Origin: Fimbriosthenelais zetlandica
Taxonomy: Eukaryota
DNA length: 64,000 nt
NCBI GenBank assembly: GCA_977030845.1
Contig: OZ365116.1
Location: 13,826,001 to 13,890,000 of the forward strand
Direction: 5' to 3'
Part shown: piece by piece, positions 55,011 through 64,000 of the stretch
Layout of the letters: each line of letters begins with the position of its first letter
Position numbering within the stretch: the first letter of the stretch is position 1
The notes under the pieces: generated by a model
Database searches by the model: none
Seen by the model: only the letters and a program-made list of their open reading frames with translations
Told to the model about the DNA's origin: nothing
Position numbers and translations under genes: made by a program

Positions 55011-58000
55011 AGAGTACTTTTCAGAAGAAGTATATAATAGTCAGTCATTTTAGGCTGAATTGTGCAACCAACTAATTTACCAAACCGAGTTTCAGGCCCC
55101 TATTAAACTCACTCGATGATTACAAGTTGAAGATGGTGGTTGAAGGTGTTGGCGGCGGCCCTATTCTCTCCTCTGTCTTCTCTAACTGGGAATATATAGA
55201 TGATTGATGAGTACATGGAGGGGATCATTCAGTATGGTGTGACGAGAAAATGATAAATGATGGACTAGAGGCAGACGTACATTCCATATACAGTCACAAT
55301 CAGATGCTTATTCATCCAGGGATCGCCAGCCGTCTCGCACGTTTTTTGTTATAGATGCAGCTAACAGTTATGAATCCCATTACGTGAACCAATATGGGTG
55401 TTCTTTTTGTGCATTCAGTCAATACAATGTATTAACCAATGGTTTGAAAGCCATATAATGGCCTTATTCCATCTCTCAATAGAGACTTGTGATATTATAT
55501 CAAGGCATGATAATAATATGATAATAGGCTAAATGGTCTTCAGTTTTCCATGGGTCTCTGGCATATTTAATGCCTTTTTTCTGCGAGAGATTTACTTAAG
55601 ATTTACCTATTTCAAAGTGAATCATAAAGCAAGTCGATTCAGAGCCTCCCTAACACTTCTGATATGATATATTCCAGTCTGATGGAAGTCTAAGGATAGA
55701 CTTACCATGTCTATGGCTCATCTATTTCTGTTTTTATAACCAGCTAGGATTTGCCTCCCGTCCCCTCCCCGCTTCCCAGTCTCTATATTGTTTTCTATGC
55801 TGTAGGCTTGAATGTCTATGACAAATGTCCCGTACACAGCTGAAGACTTACTTCATGACTTAGCTGAATGTGGGAGGGATAAATTCACTATTCACCATCC
55901 CGGATATGTACTGGGATGTCTGGTGAAAAATAATATAGAGTTTTTTTCTCTCGATTTTCTCTCGCAAGCTACATTTAATTAATTATTTAGACACCCCTAA
56001 TAGGACTGGTAAAGATACAACAAAATTAGGAAGGTTCTTTTCTTTCCTGTTACAGGAAATTTATATTTTCTGAAATCTACTTTGGATGCACGCACATTTA
56101 ATCTCCCCCATCTGACCCCTATATATACTAAAATCTATTGTTCTGAGATAGAAAAACATTTGAGTCTAGGAGACATGCTTTTTCTCTGCTCCATCGATTG
56201 GTCTTATGTTTTAGCCCATGTTTTTGCTTTGAGAGACGTATGTGTACATATATAGTCTGGAAGAGAAACTATTTTCGTTTCTGTATTGTATACATCTTGG
56301 ACTGTACAATATAGAAGTATAGGAGTTTTGATAAATAGCTTTATCAAATTGCTGCATCCTCCCAGGAGGAAAGTGACCCTGTCTTCCTTTGTCTCCGAAT
56401 CTGTGGCTTGGATCTTACACGCTCCAACACAAGTCAATGTCTCCTACTGAATCCAATACAACAGAGTAGAGTAGACGCTGGGACAGTGTCACTAACCAAA
56501 CCTGACATCCCTGCTTATAATGCATCAGTAATGACTTATATTCACTCACAGAGATGTATATAATCCATCAGTGAATGCCCGGGATTAGATCTTGGATGGT
56601 ATAGCGATAGGCATACAATGCAGGCGCTATTGGCTGGCTAATTGCCACAGAGAACCCTATGCATCTCCAGAATACAATTATATATTCTCAGCCGTCTCTA
56701 TTACTATAGATTGAATGAAAGCCTGTATGGACTCTGAAGATTTCCATGTTATATAAGTAGCACCTTCAATAAAGGCAGGCAATAACAGTGTAATGTAAAA
56801 TATTCATATCACAAATATTCGATCTGTATAATGGAATACCCTCGAGTGTGTTTGAATAGGAGCTTAGGGACCATTGCACAACAATGCCTTTGCAATGCAC
56901 TGACCTCTTGATTTAAAGTCACATTTGTCCTTGTTCTTCTCCTGATGAAATAGACGGACGGAACATGCTCCTACCTGTTCACTTTAATGGACCTTCCTAG
57001 TTTCCTCGCTGAATCTCCTGACGAAGGTCGATAAATACTTGTCTATGGATTTTCTTACTGGATTCTTTTTCTTCCAATACTCTCTGGCACCATGGGCTTT
57101 AATACAATTTGCCTCCCAATAGACACCGGAGTCCAATTGCTAACAGATTCTGCCTACGTGAACGTGTGACAAATTACTCGATGGTGAATAGTATCTAAGA
57201 AAACATTTGATAGCGTCTAATGCGGCCTGTTATTTGATTATGTATGTGCTTGCATAGTAGGCAGGTCACATAATTTCCTCCCAATTTGCCAGGAGAATAT
57301 AAAGGCAAACGTTTTTTCATGTTGGCCTTCTCTAGGCTTATAATGCATGGTCCCTGAAGACTATATAGAATGTTGTTCCCTTCTTTGACCCAGAACAAGG
57401 GGTCAATACCAAAACCATGTTTAGAATGGGTGGTCACCACTGGTCAGTGGGAGATTGTGATTAGGAGGTCAAGCATGGTAGCAGATGGTCAGCAGACTGA
57501 TCTCCGCTATAACCCTTCCTTCAACCCTATAAAAAACAAACTTGGGTCTACACAAAGAAGAACCTATAATCGCTCATAATCCGTATTGTCGCTTATGAGG
57601 GTAAATGATTAGAAAACTCTGCTTTTTGCGCATGGGATTTTTGACATACGATCCAGGGACTTTGGAAGTAAAGGTTTATCTTTGTAAAGAAAGTAAGTTT
57701 AGGGCCAGCGCTACTTGTTCCTGACAAGTCCACCATCCATCATTATTCTGGACAGTCCCTACACCACCATGTCACGTGGGCTGGATCACGTGGTCAAGCT
57801 TCCACCAATGGCTGAAAAGCAAGCCAGTTTCACAAAAGGTCATCATCTTTGATCCTGTTCTTTGACAATTAAATTTCGTTCGTTCATTCCACGATCCACC
57901 CTTTAACCCAATTCGCTCTCGGCGAGCTAATGGTATTGTTCATGCACATCTGACTGACTGAATTTCTGAAGTGCATGTTGGATATATATGCTTTTATGAT

Positions 58001-61000
58001 ATTGCATGCTTTTATATATATTAATGACGTAAATATACGGGATTTTTGTAAGAGCTGGAGACTTTATTTGGTCCTGAATATTGTCCATGACCTATTTGGT
58101 CATGAATATTGCCATGACCTATCTATCACCATCATGATATTAGTGATGATCTAAGGTTAATACACTCTCATCTGTAATAATGTAAAATGATAAAACCTGC
58201 TTTAATGGGACATTCCATTTATCCCAGGGCACAGAATGTAGGGAGACTTGTTGCCCCCTGTCAGAGACCTTTAACATACCTAGTGCCATGGAGTCTTGGT
58301 TCGTATATACAATTGAAGCTGCCTGGAAAGGATCAGAAAAACCTTTAGCATCCCTGCCATAAGCTATTTGCAGCACTGCATGAAGTTCCATTAACATTGC
58401 CATCGCTTTCTCTGCCGCATATTGACGTAAGGCAAAAATCATAAGTTAAAGGCCCAGAAGAGTGGCGAGTGAGTGGAGGGGCTTAAGGTTGGCAACATTC
58501 TAGCTTCATATCATGATGACAAGGGTTTTCTCCATAGATCTCACTCCAGCCCGTATATGATTTCCATGACAGCTAGCTGATGTATCCAAAGGCAATACAA
58601 ACTCTCATCTACTCTCCTCAGAGAGTCCCTATTACCCCTCTTCACAGACACCGCAAATCAATATTTCTGAGTCGCAGCAGAGGTGCCTTTATTCTAGCCC
58701 ACATCCAAACCTCCTTATATTGCATAAAAGCCTATAGGCATGATTACCCGTAGGCCTTAACCATGCTTTAAGGGATCACTTTTTCAGAAACTGGCCCTGT
58801 TGATGAAAACAAATAATGCAATGTTGTGTTAAAGTCAATTGTAGATTGGCTGCAAACCGGAAGTTAAATCAGTGTGATACAGATTGTATTGAAGCTTATG
58901 AGTCCGGGGAGGAGGGTGGTGGAGAAGACAGGCCTGCTAGAATAAAGTCTTTATCCTGCCACACAAACTGGCCATGTGTGATAAGATTGGATTCAGTACA
59001 AGACTGTATGAGCTTCACAAATCCCTTTACAATATAGGCTATCAGCTCCTTGTCCATTTTAACATGGCCGTATCTAGATGAAGCTGACAATGCCAACAAT
59101 GATTGATACAATGGAATGCCAACGCCAAACACCATGTGAACCAAGTGTCGCCTACATGTAGACTAATGACTTTTGGTATCTTGTGTGATTGTAATATTTC
59201 TGAATAATTGAACTATTCTCGAGTGAGAAATTATTGTCAGGTGAGATTATTGGTAGGACTGGTGACTAGTAGTACTAGAAAGAGTGGACATTACCCCCAC
59301 ACCGGTTAACATGACTAATCCCACTAATGGCTGTACAAGCCTATAAACCCTAATGGCCCTACTTTGACGTGCCAGTCATGTTAATTCATTCCCTCATTTT
59401 GCAAGCAAATGATTTGTAAAGGCTTTGCCTGAACATTTCTATAGATTTTAGTCTGATCTGTTCTCTCGGTACCTGTAGCCTATCATTTTTAATTCAACTA
59501 GAATAAAAGCCCAGCATCAGCTTGTGGTGACGTGAGGTCAAGGTTTGTTGGTAAACTGTCCATGTTAGTCCATGGTCGTTCATCCTGCACTGAATGATTA
59601 ATATAACATTTGTAAGATAGAGTTTCACACGATTCCGCTCACCACTGCCTTTACAACTGCCTGCTGCGTAGATTGCGATGTGTCCTATCCATGTGTATTG
59701 GATTACCCATTGAAATATCCTCCCTCCAAAGCTTTTAACACATCAAAATAACTTTTTGCCATTCTATGCTTTAGTCAGATTCAGGATTTAAAATTTCCTT
59801 TTCGTTTGAGATATTGTTCGTCCTACATCCTACAGTGTGTTTGGTATCTAGTAGCACTTTTCTAAAGCTTGTGAAAGAATTTGTGAATAGAAATCAGAAG
59901 CAAAAGTAGAAAATAGTTAGGTTGGCGCAAAAGTTCACTTTTGGGAAAACGTCTTGTATTTTATTTTAATGTTCGGAATGGAAACAAATTACATGAAGTT
60001 AATCATTCCAGGTACATTTTTAACCTGGGTTTGTTCCTAATAAATTAATAGTTAATGGCTGTTTATTGAGGTCAGTTTAATAGATAACACCATACCAGAG
60101 CCAAGAGTAACTACCCCATTAAAGGTATGGGTAATAAAAGAGTTAAAAACCCTTCATTGCTGCCATTTACTGTTAGTCAGTGCAGGCATCTTACTGCCAT
60201 CACAACACTGCCCGAATTAAAGAGGAAATTAACTCGTGAAAATCAAGCAGCCAATTTCCCTTTTCAGTTAACCTCTGGCTTGCGCATCTCTTGATTATTT
60301 TTATGTCCATATCTGAAGAGTGGATTGAGGCCTCACCATTGGTAACATTGTGATACATTGATATAATGATGAAATGGAGCTATTCGCCAAAAAGATTGTT
60401 TTTTGGTGGATGTTCATTTGTTAAAGAAGCGCATGCCCAATGGAATTTTACGTCCCACCATCTGAGAATCTTTTCGTTGGCTTGATGGAAGACTAAAAGC
60501 ATAGAAAGAGCAGAGCTCTATAATCATTAAAGTATAAAAGTGGACCTTTTTACTGCTATGTCTGGACCCTTTTATATAAGAGCATTAACAGGTAGTATGT
60601 CTGGTTTAACTAGATAAAGTCTGGACCTATATCTCGCCCACTCCTCTACTAGCCTATCTCTAGGTGTTTCTTTGTGATAGATGATAGGGATAGAAGCTCT
60701 GTTCTTTGAGGAATGCTGTCTTCACTGTCTATTAAAACAGACATGTTATCAGTACATATAGCGTGCATCTCTACCCTCCACCCGTCCTTCCATACTTCCC
60801 TCCCTATCAGTGTCTGGGGAGGTCGTGGGGTAATTGGTGATTTGATATGTATTCAGCTTCTCAATAGAAAGATTGCTTATACCGAGCTTTCCATATAACC
60901 ATAATGTTTTTGATCTTTCTATGTCTAATTGCTTTAAAGGAGGAGTCTATCGAAGTGATTCTATTCTATCTAAGCTGATGTAGGATTCATCTATGTTACT

Positions 61001-61091
61001 ATTCTAAACTTCTTAAAGATATCTCTCTGCATTTGCTTTAAATCGATTGCAGATGTGCAGAATGGAGATTCGGTGCAGGCTACCCTAACAT

Positions 61092-61166
61092 CTGGAGTCC
61101 ATTTCAAAAGGAATATTGGCAATGATCTAATTCTATTGTTGATATTCGTTTTCAGACAGGCTCTTG
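61092..61166. mobile_element. Tiny inverted-repeat element (75 bp), copy 1, more degenerate
   Basis: Shares TTTCAAAAG.AATATT...CAATG and ATATTCGTTTT...ACAGGCTC with 61732-61804 in the same orientation; AT dinucleotide on both flanks. Confidence 0.5.
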
Positions 61167-61437
61167 ATGTGTGCACCTGTGTCTGTTGGACTTCCTTGCT
61201 GGTCTTTGACAGCTGTGTTTCGGGGGTACATCATGAAGTCTACATAGCACGCACCTTGTCAAGAATCAATATAAAGTTTAGTTTTCTACCAGACGGCTGC
61301 TGCAGCCTATATCCACAATGAGGCATACTTGACACTGTCTCTGTGAAAGAGCAGCTGCTATCGATGCCACCTTTCAACCCTTAAAAGTATACTCTCCCTA
61401 CTTGAAGACAATTATACAAATCCACAGCACATTTAAT

Positions 61438-61443
61438 TTTATT
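61438..61443 (-). promoter_or_regulatory. Candidate polyadenylation signal (AATAAA) for the GPCR mRNA
   Basis: AATAAA on the minus strand about 560 nt downstream of the stop codon. The hexamer is common in AT-rich DNA, so this is weak. Confidence 0.2.
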
Positions 61444-61731
61444 TATCCACAAAATCGCATTGTATATAGAAGGACATGTTAGATTATGTGAAAAGGGAGA
61501 AAGCTTATACCATTTAATATGGAAACGGGTTTTTTACGCACCTCCAGTTTAATTTAACATGATACATACATCAGTATGGAGATGCTTAAATGCTTCTACT
61601 GTCCACTGTAAGAGGAATAGTATACAACATATGAGTCTGAAATGATGACTCAAAAGTCTGTCATTATCATATCATAACCATCTAGGAAAAGACTTGAACC
61701 ACACGCCTGAACAACGGAGATTGTACTCGAT

Positions 61732-61804
61732 CAGGGACCGGTTTCAAAAGCAATATTATCAATGCTAAATCTAAGGTTAATATTCGTTTTGAAACAGGCT
61801 CCTG
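61732..61804. mobile_element. Tiny inverted-repeat element (73 bp), copy 2, in the presumptive GPCR 3' UTR
   Basis: Left end CAGGGACCGGTTTCAAAAGCAATATTA pairs with right end TAATATTCGTTTTGAAACAGGCTCCTG (about 27-bp imperfect arms). Homologous to 61092-61166. Confidence 0.6.
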
Positions 61805-62001
61805 AAGTTTGTGAAGCATCGGAGAGATCGGCACCCTTGACTTTTGAGAGCAGGGACCCAAAGATGATCACTGACCATTTAAAGTCTGACATTTCACTCA
61901 CTGTAGAACTAGAGAGTGGCATCTGTGTTCAATCAGTTTTAAGCACAGGCAGGATTGTGAGGACGCTTGTTTTTTCCTAACCAGTTATGATAAAGACACC
62001 T

Positions 62002-63249
62002 TCATAAGCAGGTCTCGTTCACACCTGACGTGGTAGTGGCTCGGCGGTTAAAGCTGGTTTCACTGTTACCATACCGTACATCATCTATTGCCATGTGATG
62101 ACGATAGCACACCCTACACAATATACGGTAGAGAGTCTGTCTGAATTTCCTGCCTGTGAGACAGTAGAGAAGACAGTTAACCGAGGAGTTAACTGTAAGC
62201 AGCATATTAGTAAATAGATTTGCCCAGTGGAGATTAATCTTGAAGTTAGAGTAAGCTTTTATAGTTATGAGCACTCGCAGGATTAGATCAGGTGCCTGGC
62301 AGAGAATGAACACCGATACAATACTGACGAGAATGACGTTGAAGTAGTAGTTAGTCCGCTGGGTGGCCGTCGCTTGAGTTAGCTGAGCATGGTCTTTTCG
62401 AGCCCGATGTACGGTTTGAATAAGTTTCATGTTTAAACCGATCAGTATCCCCATGGGCACTATCATCCGGAATAGGAAGTAAAATATGGTTTTGTAATAA
62501 AGCACATAATGCGGGTTGAGCCTGATGAAGGTGTGACGAGCGATGTATCGCATCCTGCGCTGACAGTGATCAGGCAAGTGTTGAACCTGTTGCTCAAAAA
62601 AGCGCGGAATATTGTACGCTACAGCGAAGAGCACGATGAAATAGATGGCCCTTTTGGCTCTGGTGTTGACGTGGTGCCTCATGGATTCAAACGGCCTACA
62701 GATAGCTATATATCTGTCTGCTGTCACGAGAACTGTGAACCACACTGTGATCATCTGAGCTATAGACGCCACCGGCCAGAGGTAAGGCTCCCAGTAAGGG
62801 TAGATCTCCTCTAAGCCAAGGTGACCTCTTGTACATTCCACCGCCGACTTGAGGGTCTGGACGAAGAGCGAGGACACTAAGTAGGCATTATCAGCCAATG
62901 CCAAGGCTTGGAGGAGGAAGGTCACTGTACGGTTAGAATGGTCGAGTTGTAAAACGAGGATTGACAGGAGATTGCCTACAATCCCCGCCAGACACATAGG
63001 ACCAATGATGAAGACGTCCATGATGACACGCGCTGTACAGTATTGCTTCATTTCCAGGCAGTACACCTCCTCCTGAGGTGTGAGCACTTTATATGGAGAT
63101 ACAGTGGTCACTGAGATGTTATAATCTGTCATGTTAGACTCTGACATCATGGGGAAATGGAGGAGAGCATTGTCCTCACCATTCATGGGAGGGGTGTACA
63201 TGGGTGAGAGGTTGTCCTTAAAGTCCTGTCTGTGTATGGCTAGAGACAT
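62002..63249 (-). CDS. Class A (rhodopsin-like) 7TM GPCR, FMRFamide-receptor-like / orphan peptide receptor, single coding exon
   Basis: Uninterrupted ORF (432 codons from GTG at 63300; 415 aa from first ATG at 63249) with seven hydrophobic segments. Motifs: TM1 GIVGN, TM2 LALAD, TM3 ADRYIAIC, post-TM4 YNIPRFFE, TM5 FRMIVP, TM6 FILCQAP, TM7 NSSVNCLLY, helix 8 KFRQTL. N-terminal sequons NMT and NIS. PRFFE and the Pro-less TM7 NSSVN..LY are typical of the FMRFamide/sex-peptide receptor-like group. The true start could be any of several in-frame Mets; the ligand cannot be determined from sequence. Confidence 0.93.
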   Translation of the reverse strand: MSLAIHRQDFKDNLSPMYTPPMNGEDNALLHFPMMSESNMTDYNISVTTVSPYKVLTPQEEVYCLEMKQYCTARVIMDVFIIGPMCLAGIVGNLLSILVLQLDHSNRTVTFLLQALALADNAYLVSSLFVQTLKSAVECTRGHLGLEEIYPYWEPYLWPVASIAQMITVWFTVLVTADRYIAICRPFESMRHHVNTRAKRAIYFIVLFAVAYNIPRFFEQQVQHLPDHCQRRMRYIARHTFIRLNPHYVLYYKTIFYFLFRMIVPMGILIGLNMKLIQTVHRARKDHAQLTQATATQRTNYYFNVILVSIVSVFILCQAPDLILRVLITIKAYSNFKINLHWANLFTNMLLTVNSSVNCLLYCLTGRKFRQTLYRILCRVCYRHHMAIDDVRYGNSETSFNRRATTTSGVNETCL

Positions 63250-63307
63250 GATGGTAGCTTGTGTGGCTTTACAGAGAATCCCTATCCCAGGTAGTGTCAC
63301 TTTTTCA

Positions 63308-63330
63308 CTAGGTACAAAAACGCGTGGAGA
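63308..63330 (-). promoter_or_regulatory. Probable 3' splice acceptor opening the GPCR coding exon (intron in 5' leader)
   Basis: Minus strand reads tctccacgcgtttttgtacctAG|tgaaaaagtg: a pyrimidine-rich tract plus AG ending at 63308, 59 nt upstream of the first ATG. Confidence 0.5.
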
Positions 63331-64000
63331 TATTGGGTTTGTTTGGTGTAGGATGTCAATCGTTTTTTGTAAAGAGACAATGGCCTATTTCTTTCAAATG
63401 AACAGGCAATACAATGTTTGGCATTACATAAAAATTCCAATTTCAGAAACACAACCCTGTGTTGAGCCCACTTTTATGAAATGGAGGTTGAATTGACAAA
63501 AGCTCCTTGTGACACAAAGTACAATAATGCCAAATCAGCATCAACAGTTTTGCTATCGACCTCCTCTGAAATTCAGTATGTCCTCCACTCCTGTGAGGAT
63601 CTTTTAACTTTATATCACTGTTCAACAGGTCATGGGGTGCTCCAGAGATTACTTCTCTCTGATGTCCTTTTGCTAGGTGTTACTGATAATAAATTGTCTA
63701 CAAATCATTGCAAGTGGTTCTAAGACAACTTGATATGGCAGTAGAATCCTCCACCAGCTTTTTTACTGTCTCATCTGTAAGTTGTGGTGGGAACTTCTTT
63801 AAAGCAACTCCGTAGTTGTGAGATTACCTCCAGAGAAAATGGCCCACACCTGAAAAGATAACAAATAGATGTTAATTAATTAAATGTGGCGAAACATAAG
63901 AGTGAGGAAGTTAGGATTATTGATATGCATAGACATCTAGATTGAGAAACATTACAATTATGGAGACATTGATATACAAACATGAAAGGGATTTGATATT

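Noticed and set aside
56940-57040. Hammerhead ribozyme cores (CTGATGA / CTGACGA); also checked 52455 and 50759 (minus)
   Set aside because: None is followed by stem II and the required GAAA.
60930-61080. Kolobok-like left end (TTAA-AGGAGGAG...)
   Set aside because: No matching right TIR plus TTAA found.
62509-63723. ORFs 62509-62814 (+), 63131-63496 (+), 63443-63625 (-) and 63481-63723 (+)
   Set aside because: Antisense shadows of the GPCR or short ORFs with no recognisable features.

Overview
AT-rich animal nuclear DNA, probably from a marine invertebrate (the spiralian/annelid-like attribution is inference only). The window is almost entirely non-coding and contains one 134-N assembly gap. 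The only confidently supported protein-coding gene is an intronless rhodopsin-class GPCR of the FMRFamide-receptor-like peptide receptor group on the minus strand (62002-63249), preceded by a probable splice acceptor. The other ~60 kb holds several non-autonomous DNA transposons: a CAGGG-ended MITE with an unusual 5-bp target duplication, two PIF/Harbinger-type MITEs, a hAT-like relic and two tiny inverted-repeat elements downstream of the GPCR. It also holds a dispersed repeat pair, several minisatellites, CpG-retaining islands in an otherwise CpG-poor background (including a promoter-like patch at ~38.3 kb), and a few weak, unverified coding-like relics and exon candidates. I found no rRNA, tRNA, snRNA, recognisable conserved miRNA or CRISPR array. 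I did not find a convincingly new multi-gene system; the findings below are leads, most of them low confidence.
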